In this document: positions 1 to 8,486 of the stretch, piece by piece
Layout: each line of letters begins with the position of its first letter
Numbering within the stretch: position 1 is the stretch's first letter
DNA from: a virus
IMG/VR virus record: IMGVR_UViG_3300028151_000001
Location: 6,095-70,094 of that record
Reading direction: 5' to 3' (one strand)
DNA: 64,000 bases
Notes under the pieces: generated by a model
The model's input: only the letters and a program-made list of their open reading frames with translations
Databases searched by the model: none
What the model was told of the DNA's origin: nothing
Translations under genes and position numbers: made by a program

Positions 1-56
1 TACTGGGGAGCTAGATAAGAATGCTGCATTCTAGGCTAAACTGATGAAAATAACTG

Positions 57-302
57 TTGACAGGCTTGTACAGAAAAGAGATAATTCTTCCATCGAAACG
101 CACAACGGAGCAAGACGAGATGAAAGCTAAAGCTTACAAAGAACATAAAGCACTCAGTGAAGCTCGTGAACTGGTCAACACTCTTAAATTTGGTACAGAA
201 GCTTGGGAAGCAGCTATGAGCAAGGTGCGTAATCTTGTACAGGCAGAAACTGATGCTGATCAAGCTATTCTTAACCACCGCTGCAAGTTTGATAGGGATT
301 GA
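57..302 (+). CDS. hypothetical protein (81 aa)
   Basis: ORF track; collinear with tightly packed downstream plus-strand ORFs; true start uncertain at window edge. Confidence 0.6.
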   Translation: MTGLYRKEIILPSKRTTEQDEMKAKAYKEHKALSEARELVNTLKFGTEAWEAAMSKVRNLVQAETDADQAILNHRCKFDRD

Positions 303-304
303 TT

Positions 305-469
305 ATGCGTGTTATAGTTCACTACCCAAGAGATGGCATCACATACATGAAGGGCCATTGTGGTGGTCATTCTTTAAGCTCTTGTAAAATTCTGAATATG
401 ATCACATGCCCTATATGTATTAAACTGATAAAAGAGCTTAACTTAGAGACTGACAAGGACCCCTCATGA
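305..469 (+). CDS. small Cys/His-rich hypothetical protein (54 aa), not in ORF track
   Basis: Manual translation MRVIVHYPRDGITYMKGHCGGHSLSSCKILNMITCPICIKLIKELNLETDKDPS; fills gap; ATGA overlap with next ORF. Confidence 0.65.
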   Translation: MRVIVHYPRDGITYMKGHCGGHSLSSCKILNMITCPICIKLIKELNLETDKDPS

Positions 470-702
470 TCACTTCAGCCCTCATCCTCACATTCTGCTC
501 TATTGACATCTGCGAAGAATACGTCATCGACTCCAATCTCTATAAACAAGATTGCATTGAACGTAAACGTGAAGAGCTTATTGATATGGCTGGACAAAGC
601 TTTGATGTGTTATACAATGATGCTGTAGAACGCTATCAGGCTGTAGCAATGAAGGGGGAGATTGAGCGAGTGAGCTTGAAGTGTGTTAGGGATGATTATT
701 GA
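466..702 (+). CDS. hypothetical protein, possible N-terminal signal/TM segment
   Basis: ORF track; ATGA coupling; hydrophobic N-terminus. Confidence 0.7.
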   Translation: MITSALILTFCSIDICEEYVIDSNLYKQDCIERKREELIDMAGQSFDVLYNDAVERYQAVAMKGEIERVSLKCVRDDY

Positions 703-755
703 AGTAATGTGGTTGATGGTAATTTAACTTTTAATCTATAGGTAGGAGAAACAAA

Positions 756-998
756 ATGATTGTAATTTCAGAGAAAGAAGATAAAGTGAAGTTCACACCG
801 GGCACATTGATCTATGATGGATCAATTAACAACACAGGCGGAAAGAATGTAATCCTAGTTGTTAGAGGTTATGATGAAACTCAAACTGGCTGTTTTTGCG
901 GAGTATGTCTTAAAAATGGAAATTTCTCAGATGGTTTTTCTTTGGACTATTCAGGTTGGAAGAACTTTACAGGAAAAGTGACACTAGAGAACGACTGA
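756..998 (+). CDS. hypothetical protein
   Basis: ORF track; AGGAG SD upstream. Confidence 0.75.
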   Translation: MIVISEKEDKVKFTPGTLIYDGSINNTGGKNVILVVRGYDETQTGCFCGVCLKNGNFSDGFSLDYSGWKNFTGKVTLEND

Positions 999-1058
999 AT
1001 ACAGTTGAACAGAATAGCCCACTTGATTGTGGGCTTAGTTAGTTATTGGAGAAGTGCT

Positions 1059-1265
1059 ATGACTTATTATCACGCCAAAGGTGAACCAATGAGCTTTAAA
1101 GACATTGACCACATGGTGAAAAACTTTAACTTTCCAAGTCTAAACAACCCCTGTGCCAACTATAGTCAACTAGAGCAACAACGTATTCAATACATTATCA
1201 AGTGGGGCTCTAAGCAATTAAAGCTTGATGCACAGACAGCCCTAGAAAATACAAAGAGGAAGTAA
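1059..1265 (+). CDS. hypothetical protein (track start 1005; ATG 1059 has GGAG SD)
   Basis: ORF track plus SD; stop abuts next start. Confidence 0.65.
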   Translation: MTYYHAKGEPMSFKDIDHMVKNFNFPSLNNPCANYSQLEQQRIQYIIKWGSKQLKLDAQTALENTKRK

Positions 1266-1840
1266 TGGGAATCGAAACAATCTATCCAAACACAGAACAT
1301 GCTGTAGTTTTTGACTCAGAGACAGGTATTGTCATCCATCACACAATTAAGGCTAAGCGGAAGAAAGCCAAGCTTGATAAATACATTGGTATTGAGACTA
1401 AATGGCCTGATGACTGTGTAACTAAAGACAGCTTGATTGATTGTCTATCACTCCTAGATGCCTATCTTAAGAATGATCCTGTTATCAATAACCAAGCCTT
1501 GTTAGACTCAATCTTTGAAGAACATCTTACAGAACAACAAGCAAAGCTAATCAACTACATCTGCAAGAATATAGCGGCTTGGAACTATTACATTGGCTCT
1601 GTCAAAGACCTGTATTCAAGTGTAGGTATTAGCCCTAAGCACATTGCTGCTGTGCTCAATAAACTGGAACCTAACGCTGTCAGAGTGCTGCACAGGAACA
1701 AACCTTTCAAAGGTGATATCGTTCTATTGGTAAACCCCCACTATGGCTGGAAAGGTGACTATGCTTTGCTTAAGTATGCTAAAAACAAGTGGTACACCCA
1801 CAATTATAAGAAACTCCCATCTGGATGTGACTTACCATAG
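1265..1840 (+). CDS. putative RepL-like winged helix-turn-helix DNA-binding protein
   Basis: HTH-like segment (VKDLYSSVGISPKHIAAVLNKL) followed by LLVNPHYGWKG, resembling the VNP-x-x-x-x-KG wing of RepL-type proteins. Confidence 0.45.
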   Translation: MGIETIYPNTEHAVVFDSETGIVIHHTIKAKRKKAKLDKYIGIETKWPDDCVTKDSLIDCLSLLDAYLKNDPVINNQALLDSIFEEHLTEQQAKLINYICKNIAAWNYYIGSVKDLYSSVGISPKHIAAVLNKLEPNAVRVLHRNKPFKGDIVLLVNPHYGWKGDYALLKYAKNKWYTHNYKKLPSGCDLP

Positions 1841-1850
1841 CTAGACACTA

Positions 1851-1868
1851 AGCCCTGCAAGGGGCTTT
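1851..1868 (+). terminator. putative intrinsic terminator
   Basis: AAGCCCTGCAAGGGGCTT hairpin just after stop at 1840; short U tract. Confidence 0.55.
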
Positions 1869-2052
1869 AAATCTCCTATGTGTATATAAAGCCTCCTAGT
1901 GAAAATGTAAGTTAAAACGCAAGAAAGAATAAGAGACTTATTAACTTAGATCACAGATAATCTCAAATGTCAAGCTATTCCTCTAATAAACATTCTCTAT
2001 CAAACTTTCTTTACCAATACAAAAAGAAATAATAAAATAAATCTTTTAGCTG

Positions 2053-2081
2053 TTGACGTTGCCTTGAGATGTGTGTAAAAT
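2053..2081 (+). promoter_or_regulatory. sigma70-type early promoter
   Basis: TTGACG-17 nt-TAAAAT with A/T-rich UP-like tract upstream. Confidence 0.8.
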
Positions 2082-2127
2082 CAATTCCATCAAGACAGTG
2101 AACACATTAACTGAAGGTAATAGAAAA

Positions 2128-2406
2128 ATGAAAGCTTCTGAACTGAAATATAACGTAGAACAGGCTAACACTGAATCTTATTTCTTTGATCGTAAATCGA
2201 TGAAATTCTTTGGTGATACAATGGCTAACTATGGTGTTCGTTCTGAACTTATTCAGTCAAATTATAATGAAAAAGGTGAGTATGTAGAATCTGGTGTTTG
2301 GATTGAAGTGTGGGAACTTTATCGTAAAAAAGCTGTAAAACACGGTAATAAAGCATCTGCCTACTTTGCTAAAGACAGTTTTCGTAGAGTACACCCTAAA
2401 GTATAA
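2128..2406 (+). CDS. hypothetical early protein (92 aa; track start 2071 lies inside the promoter)
   Basis: ORF downstream of promoter; GAAGG SD-like element before ATG 2128. Confidence 0.75.
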   Translation: MKASELKYNVEQANTESYFFDRKSMKFFGDTMANYGVRSELIQSNYNEKGEYVESGVWIEVWELYRKKAVKHGNKASAYFAKDSFRRVHPKV

Positions 2407-3091
2407 TCAAGCAGGAATCTCTAAGCCTACCATTAAAATTAATAAGCCACTTAATTGTGGCTATAACTTTGACCGAGGAAACTTAAAAATAAAATTAGTC
2501 TATGGAGTTGGAATAAATGATGCTAACTATACATTAAGTAAGCAAGGTAGTATTGATGGTAAGAGAAAAACAATCTGGAAATGTCCTTACTATGTGAGGT
2601 GGTGCTCTATGTTAGAACGATGTTACAGTGAAAACTTTGTTAACAAACAACCTACTTATAGAGATTGCTCAGTTTGTCAAGAGTGGCTTTCTTTTATGAC
2701 ATTTAGAGCATGGATGATTTCGCAAGAATGGGAAGGCCTTGAACTGGACAAAGATATCCTCAAAGTTGGTAACAAAGTCTACGGTCCAGACACGTGTGTA
2801 TTTGTTACTCGTCTTGTTAATTCTTTTATATTAGACAAGAAAACCAAACAAGGCAAGTATCCTATGGGTGTGTATGAACAAGCAGCGTCTAACAAGTATG
2901 CTTCTAGGTGTTGGGACTATTCCACAGGAAAAAGAGTACACCTTGGAAACTATGAAACTCCAGAGGAAGCCCACAGAGCTTGGCTTGCGTTCAAACTAGA
3001 ACAAGCTTACCAACTTGCGTTAATGCAAACAGATGTACGTGTATCTAAAGCTCTGATTGACAGATATGAGAATTATACTACTTATCAATAA
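2366..3091 (+). CDS. HNH-type homing endonuclease with AP2-like C-terminus (likely true start near 2489)
   Basis: YGVGIND...WCSMLERCY...LELDKDIL..GNKVYGPDTCVFV motif shared with 23406 and 62057 ORFs. Confidence 0.75.
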   Translation: MLKTVFVEYTLKYNQAGISKPTIKINKPLNCGYNFDRGNLKIKLVYGVGINDANYTLSKQGSIDGKRKTIWKCPYYVRWCSMLERCYSENFVNKQPTYRDCSVCQEWLSFMTFRAWMISQEWEGLELDKDILKVGNKVYGPDTCVFVTRLVNSFILDKKTKQGKYPMGVYEQAASNKYASRCWDYSTGKRVHLGNYETPEEAHRAWLAFKLEQAYQLALMQTDVRVSKALIDRYENYTTYQ

Positions 3092-3106
3092 GCAGGAAGA
3101 TATGAC

Positions 3107-3128
3107 GCCCCACATTGTGGGGCTTTAT
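3107..3128 (+). terminator. intrinsic terminator
   Basis: GCCCCAC-ATT-GTGGGGC stem followed by TTTATTG, ending the plus-strand block. Confidence 0.75.
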
Positions 3129-3858
3129 TGTTTCTAGTCAATATGACAACAGCCTAATAGTCCCTTCAAATATCTCGCCTGTAAATTCCCTTCAAAGCCT
3201 TGTCAATTCTAGTGTAGATGTGTTCACTGACTACGTTCAAGTGGCCTGTAATGTGGCTCAAGAGAGTGGTTAAAATAACCTTAATGATTAAGCACGGCAG
3301 ACATTATCTCCTGTAACGATTTCATTCCACATCACAATCTCACATAATAATCAACAATTATTATGCAATAATAGAATAATGTCATCATAATGTATTAATC
3401 AATAGACATTAGCTAACATAGTGCAGGAGAGTTGCATAGAAGGGTGTAGTGTGGTAGTAGGTAAAATAAATGTATTGACAGGTGGTGGTATCTGTGAGTG
3501 AAGAGACAAAGTGTTATAGTATTACTTGAACATAATATCAGTTCGACGTAACGTTAGTGTGCAAGGTATGTCTCAGCATAGTGAGTGTTATTAGTCAAAC
3601 AGTTTATTTGCTAAGGGGCTTTGCCGATGTGGTTGTATAGCTTATACATTTAATTCTATTAGCCTGGCTCTTATCGATAGTGACAATCAATTGGAAAGAT
3701 AGCTTCTAATATTTTATAATCAACGGAGGGTATATTTGTGCACCCTCTTGGTGCGTTAAGTGCCACTACTCAATATCTGGTTTATAGGGGATTTGGAATA
3801 TTTTCCTACAGACAAATAAAAAGGACTCCTGTGAAAGCAAGCCCTTTATTAAATACAT

Positions 3859-4857
3859 TTAGATATTTCTGACTCCACCATGCTCTTCAAATATTCTGAT
3901 TACATGTTCTATATTTGAGGGGAAAGTAGTTTCTGTATATCCATCTGCCATTTCATACTTACTTAAAATACCTACTGTCATCGAATGCATACAGGTTCTT
4001 TCAGCTGCCTTACAGGATTGTACATCAGGATAAACCCATACACCATAATTAATAATAGAATAAACGGAGTTTAGGTTCTGAGACTTAATCCTCTCGGATG
4101 ATATGTTAGCCACACCAAACTTGATTGCAACTGTGTGAGAGTCATCCATTACCAAATTTATATAGGTTTCTTGAGGTCGTTGATGACTACACTTACAGCA
4201 CCTACTGCCTTTATACAAACCTACAATGTGCCCCTCTCCGTGAGTTTCACATTCAGGGCAATAAACATTCCAATATTTCTTGTGCCCGTTCTTATCAAGT
4301 CTGGGGCTTCTTGTGAATATTGTCCCTAAAGGGAATCCAGACTCCATGAAGCGTTTTATCATAACCTCATCATCTTTTCTCTTAAAGTCTCCCATCTTAA
4401 CGGCTTTGCAACCATTACAACCAGAGTCGTACTTCTTATCCAACAACGCACACAGAAGAGAACCTGAATACTCTCCGTGTACTGGACATTCAAGTAGCAC
4501 CTTAGTAAAGTTAGACTTCTTGTACTCTGAAGCCCAACCTATAAATCTCACCCCTTTTAATTTTGCAGATCTTGAGGCCCTGATTTTGTACTGATGTTCT
4601 GTCCAAGCGAATTTTCCAGAACAACCACATGGCTTGTGACCTTTTAATAGATGGTGTTTTGTTGTCACAAAGTAACCGCCATTAAACAGCTCTATATCCT
4701 CAGCACAAACACTACATCTTAAAATAAATCTTTTACTTGTCTGTCCCTCCATTCTTCCATTCCAACCTACAACTGTAGAACTTCCAAATAAACTGCCAAC
4801 AAAATCGTCATCTGTCCTAAGTTCTCCATCTATAATCAACTCTTCTAGACTACTCAT
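3859..4857 (-). CDS. putative homing-endonuclease-like protein: Cys-rich Zn modules plus C-terminal T5orf172/GIY-YIG-like domain
   Basis: Multiple CxxC/CPxHG/CGC motifs; C-terminal ETYINL...IKFGV...AE...GYTET; paralog of 44440..45414. Confidence 0.6.
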   Translation of the reverse strand: MSSLEELIIDGELRTDDDFVGSLFGSSTVVGWNGRMEGQTSKRFILRCSVCAEDIELFNGGYFVTTKHHLLKGHKPCGCSGKFAWTEHQYKIRASRSAKLKGVRFIGWASEYKKSNFTKVLLECPVHGEYSGSLLCALLDKKYDSGCNGCKAVKMGDFKRKDDEVMIKRFMESGFPLGTIFTRSPRLDKNGHKKYWNVYCPECETHGEGHIVGLYKGSRCCKCSHQRPQETYINLVMDDSHTVAIKFGVANISSERIKSQNLNSVYSIINYGVWVYPDVQSCKAAERTCMHSMTVGILSKYEMADGYTETTFPSNIEHVIRIFEEHGGVRNI

Positions 4858-4970
4858 ATTTTATCTACCACATCTCCCATATTTCAATTAACAAACAAAG
4901 CCCTTGCACAATGATGCACAAGGGCCACAATAGAATGAATGTCATGTATTATTGATGCTCATAGGCTACA

Positions 4971-5252
4971 TTAGCAATTCCCCACTTTCTCAAAGCTTAT
5001 AGTCTTATAAAACCCCCAGCCAGTATCAATAATAACATCTGTATTACCCACAAGTCGGAGTCCTGTAGGCTTCCATTTGTAAATAGCATTAGTAATCTTT
5101 TTCTTCTTACCTCCTTCGACAATCACACGCATACTATGTGGTGGAAGTTGATGATAGTGGTCAAAGTAGGCTGTTTGATTAACTTGAATATCTACAGACC
5201 ACACTTTAGTTAGTGCTTGAATTTCTTTTTTCATAAGATCAATTGTGTTCAT
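4971..5252 (-). CDS. hypothetical protein
   Basis: ORF track; GAGGAGG SD. Confidence 0.75.
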   Translation of the reverse strand: MNTIDLMKKEIQALTKVWSVDIQVNQTAYFDHYHQLPPHSMRVIVEGGKKKKITNAIYKWKPTGLRLVGNTDVIIDTGWGFYKTISFEKVGNC

Positions 5253-5383
5253 TCATTATCCTCCTCTTCATAAATAGGATCACCACCTTCTTCATCAAAA
5301 CCTAACCCATTACATGCAGGGCATAAGCCTTCTGAATCCAATAGCCACATCATAGTCCCACAGTTTCTACAGTCTTCGCTCAT
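5249..5383 (-). CDS. small zinc-finger protein (44 aa), not in ORF track
   Basis: MSEDCRNCGTMMWLLDSEGLCPACNGLGFDEEGGDPIYEEEDNE; two CxxC; ATGA overlaps on both sides. Confidence 0.7.
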   Translation of the reverse strand: MSEDCRNCGTMMWLLDSEGLCPACNGLGFDEEGGDPIYEEEDNE

Positions 5384-5616
5384 TTCAACTCCCCACTCGG
5401 AGCCACCCAATACTCAGCCCCATCTACAATGCAATTGATATGGTTGATGCTGTTGCCTGACACAACCCTCACCACTTTGCCACCATGTGATCGACATGCA
5501 GCTTCACGTAGCTGTACATCCTCAAGAGATAGAGAGCATACTGTGAGGAGTGTTGTGGCTAGTGTTAGTAGTGTTGTGGCTAGTGTTAGTAGTGTTGCTG
5601 TTGTTATGTATTTCAT
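5380..5616 (-). CDS. putative secreted/lipoprotein-like protein
   Basis: Hydrophobic N-terminus ending LLTVC; three more Cys. Confidence 0.65.
   Translation of the reverse strand: MKYITTATLLTLATTLLTLATTLLTVCSLSLEDVQLREAACRSHGGKVVRVVSGNSINHINCIVDGAEYWVAPSGELK
5549..5597. repeat. 21-bp tandem repeat (2 copies plus 7 bp)
   Basis: AGTGTTGTGGCTAGTGTTAGT at 5549-5569 and 5570-5590; encodes repeated TLATTLL. Confidence 0.95.
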
Positions 5617-5750
5617 TCTTTGTTCCTCAATATTTTAGAGCATCTTTCAATTGACTCTTTCTGTAAATTATAAAACTCAATTATACAGAAAAATAATACA
5701 CCAACAATAACAAAAATAAAAACTATAAGCAATACAATCAATATGTTCAT
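5613..5750 (-). CDS. small membrane protein (45 aa), not in ORF track
   Basis: MNILIVLLIVFIFVIVGVLFFCIIEFYNLQKESIERCSKILRNKE; ATGA coupling on both sides. Confidence 0.65.
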   Translation of the reverse strand: MNILIVLLIVFIFVIVGVLFFCIIEFYNLQKESIERCSKILRNKE

Positions 5751-6052
5751 GGATACCTATCAGTCTTTGTGCTGATATGTTTATTCTCAATAGCACTTGC
5801 TGTATGATGATTAAACATATGGATGTAGTAATCAATAGCATCCTGAGCACTTTCAAGGCTATTAAGACCAGTATATCCACCAGCAGTTCTATTTACTGAC
5901 AGCCAATTCAAGGCGTCATTTCTTAAAACACCATCTGGTGCCATATTGTCAAACATGCTGTACCACCACAAACCCCACTTGTATTCAGGTGTGTAGAATT
6001 TAGACCCATTAGCTTTGGTTGTTTCTTTGATTCGTGTCTTACGTAGTTTCAT
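5747..6052 (-). CDS. hypothetical protein
   Basis: ORF track; gene packing. Confidence 0.7.
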   Translation of the reverse strand: MKLRKTRIKETTKANGSKFYTPEYKWGLWWYSMFDNMAPDGVLRNDALNWLSVNRTAGGYTGLNSLESAQDAIDYYIHMFNHHTASAIENKHISTKTDRYP

Positions 6053-6055
6053 ATT

Positions 6056-6265
6056 TCAATCCTCATCCCAATCTAAGTAAATGTAACCGCTCCAGTCTGC
6101 ATTACAGCAGCACTCCCCCGGCTCATATGCATGACAATAACAAACATCATCAATAATTGCCTTTCCTTCACACAGCCCACAAACAATCAATGGTTCACCC
6201 TCACACCATTCAACCAAACCGGGGTGTGGAGTATCAGCACATTCATCACAAGGCCTTTGATTCAT
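6056..6265 (-). CDS. Cys-rich hypothetical protein
   Basis: ORF track; CxxC motifs and CYCH..CCC. Confidence 0.7.
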   Translation of the reverse strand: MNQRPCDECADTPHPGLVEWCEGEPLIVCGLCEGKAIIDDVCYCHAYEPGECCCNADWSGYIYLDWDED

Positions 6266-6378
6266 TTAATCCTCCACACCACTTTACTAAACCTCTCCAA
6301 ATCCTTACGCATCTCTTCCCACAAGGCCTTAAGCTCTTTATCAATATTCTCCATACGTACTTCAATTGATTTATTCAT
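6262..6378 (-). CDS. small hypothetical protein (38 aa), not in ORF track
   Basis: MNKSIEVRMENIDKELKALWEEMRKDLERFSKVVWRIK; fills gap, coupled stops and starts. Confidence 0.55.
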   Translation of the reverse strand: MNKSIEVRMENIDKELKALWEEMRKDLERFSKVVWRIK

Positions 6379-6562
6379 TGAATAATCCCTCTTGTTCCAT
6401 CCATTTAATGGCATATTCACTCATAAGTTCAAATGAGATACATCTGCTATATTCCTCATCAACCTTCACTAATGGACGTAATTGACCTATACGAATAAGT
6501 TCATTCTTGGCTTCCCATACTTGTTTCTTGAGTATAGTGAGCTTCTGTTCGTTTGTTAACAT
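6371..6562 (-). CDS. hypothetical protein
   Basis: ORF track. Confidence 0.7.
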   Translation of the reverse strand: MLTNEQKLTILKKQVWEAKNELIRIGQLRPLVKVDEEYSRCISFELMSEYAIKWMEQEGLFNE

Positions 6563-6783
6563 TAAATCACCACCCCATTCTCAAGTTTATACACTAACCT
6601 CACCACCATATCACACCCACAATGACTCCACAAGAGACTAATAGGTGTTTCTCCTTCCAAAGCATTGTTAGGGAGCATCATCCATACATGTGCAGCCTCT
6701 TTATCTCCTTCAAAGAGAGAATGTATGGCACATAGGGCTTGCTTATGCTTTTGTGTAAGGATGCTTTCATATATATCTTTCAT
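6562..6783 (-). CDS. stand-alone Xre/MbcA/ParS antitoxin C-terminal-like domain (DUF2384-like)
   Basis: AAHVWMMLPNNALEGETPISLL...G..MVVRLVYKLENG matches the W..xPN.AL.G.tP..LL....G...V..l..le.G pattern. Confidence 0.7.
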   Translation of the reverse strand: MKDIYESILTQKHKQALCAIHSLFEGDKEAAHVWMMLPNNALEGETPISLLWSHCGCDMVVRLVYKLENGVVI

Positions 6784-6787
6784 ATCC

Positions 6788-7033
6788 CTAGCTCACAAGA
6801 TTGATGATTAAAGAATGTTTTTCAATAGCATCTTTAAGACTTACAAGAGCCATGTCTCTATGAGGTAAGTAAATATAGGGAACAGAGGCTTTATAGACAA
6901 CAGTGATCACAGCATTAGGGACAATCGAGATTGTTACAGCATTGATTTGTTTTAGTGTAGTCCCTGTTGCGGTTTCATAGAAAACACTAAATTCTTTACC
7001 GTTCTTGTCAGTTGTCATTCTTGTACGAATCAT
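6788..7033 (-). CDS. hypothetical protein
   Basis: ORF track; AGGAG SD. Confidence 0.7.
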   Translation of the reverse strand: MIRTRMTTDKNGKEFSVFYETATGTTLKQINAVTISIVPNAVITVVYKASVPYIYLPHRDMALVSLKDAIEKHSLIINLVS

Positions 7034-7180
7034 CTTGTTTCTCCTGTAGATCGTTAATTTGTTGTTGAAGGTCGTATACAGATTGGATCAATTGTGTGAC
7101 CACCCTCACTGTAGGAGAAGGTTCTCCATAAACAGTAGCATCAACAGCCTTCAAATAGTTTTCTACAAACCGTTCTCTTG

Positions 7181-7627
7181 TCATTTATAAATCTCCATAA
7201 GACGTTTACGTTCTTTGTCGTACGCCCTGTTAGCTCTGTTTTTAAGTATACTTCTCTTTTTAGCATCTCTGCCTTGATAAATTGCTTTCAATTCAGCTAC
7301 TACATACACGACTTCATCATAAGTGAGGAAATCAGGTTTTGACATAACGGATAATGCAGAAAACCCAGCCATCATAGTAGACCACTGCTCTTGTGTGTTT
7401 TTATCTTCTACAGAGAAAGTTTGATAAAAGTCCTCGATATTTACTCCTGAATTTTCTCTGCATTCTACTATAAACCTTTTGGGATTATTCCTAACGCATT
7501 CAACAAAGGAGTAGACAGGTTCAGATATATCCTTAGGTCTTGGGGCATAATTATAAAGGCTAATCGGCGGCAAAGCCTCCTCATGTGTTTGTGCACTTGA
7601 TGTAAACAAACTCTTAAACCAATTCAT
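7181..7627 (-). CDS. hypothetical protein
   Basis: ORF track; GGAGGAG SD. Confidence 0.75.
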   Translation of the reverse strand: MNWFKSLFTSSAQTHEEALPPISLYNYAPRPKDISEPVYSFVECVRNNPKRFIVECRENSGVNIEDFYQTFSVEDKNTQEQWSTMMAGFSALSVMSKPDFLTYDEVVYVVAELKAIYQGRDAKKRSILKNRANRAYDKERKRLMEIYK

Positions 7628-7850
7628 ACTTCTCTCCTCCTAATTCAACACAAGGCGGCTCACCAACAAGCCATAACACACTACCTTCTTTAATCGGAAC
7701 ATCCAGCCCGTAGGCTACATCAACACAAACCTCTCCACCTTTCCAGAACACTTCCTCAAGATATGGCTTACTGTATCCTTTTACAAGGGGTTCTGCCACC
7801 CAAGCCCATCCATAATAATCCTTGTTGAGAGTGTTAGCTTTAATCCACAT
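7614..7850 (-). CDS. hypothetical protein
   Basis: ORF track; AGGAG SD. Confidence 0.75.
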   Translation of the reverse strand: MWIKANTLNKDYYGWAWVAEPLVKGYSKPYLEEVFWKGGEVCVDVAYGLDVPIKEGSVLWLVGEPPCVELGGEKYELV

Positions 7851-7885
7851 AATTTTCTCCTATTCTATTTAAATAAAGATAGCGT

Positions 7886-7914
7886 ATTTTATGGTAGTAA
7901 AACAGCCTTGTAAA
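7886..7914 (-). promoter_or_regulatory. sigma70-type promoter
   Basis: TTTACA-17 nt-TAAAAT on minus strand in intergenic gap upstream of 7850. Confidence 0.65.
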
Positions 7915-7966
7915 ATCTAATCTAATGACGGATATAGTTTTTAGTCTGTCGTCGTTCTACATACCA

Positions 7967-8383
7967 CTATTTGCCTAAACAACTGGCATTCTTCTTTGAT
8001 TCTATGGTGTTTTTGACAGGGTATTTATGTTGCTGTGTAAAATAGTCATCAATTTCCTCTAAAAGAACCCCTACACCAGCTACAGCTGTCAGTGTGTTGT
8101 TTGTATTTGCAAACTCTTTCAGATTACTAAAACCAGATGCTTCCAAGAAGAGATTGACGTCATAATTAGCCTTCTTAGCCACACGTCTCATATATTTGAT
8201 ATCTGTAATCGGATACCACCATCCGGGAAGCTTACAAGAATACTTTGATGAGAGCACACTCCAATGCTGTTGGTCAGCGTATACAGTCTTAAGATGTGTA
8301 CGTGCATATTGCTGATCAGCTTCACGTTTAAGCTTGGCTTGTGCACGTTGCTCTTCAGTCATCGGGATGAAGGTTGTGTTCAT
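7967..8383 (-). CDS. hypothetical protein
   Basis: ORF track; GGAG SD. Confidence 0.75.
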   Translation of the reverse strand: MNTTFIPMTEEQRAQAKLKREADQQYARTHLKTVYADQQHWSVLSSKYSCKLPGWWYPITDIKYMRRVAKKANYDVNLFLEASGFSNLKEFANTNNTLTAVAGVGVLLEEIDDYFTQQHKYPVKNTIESKKNASCLGK

Positions 8384-8486
8384 TGAAGGTTCTCCTTCAT
8401 TTTTGTGATGATTTCAAGAACATCATAAGGTGTAGGTTTGTTTAGTGATTTAATTTTAGCATCCAGTTCATCCAGATTTATAAATT

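Noticed and set aside
5667-5685. Tandem TATAAT boxes on the minus strand as a promoter
   Set aside because: They lie inside a 45-aa membrane-protein ORF and lack a convincing -35
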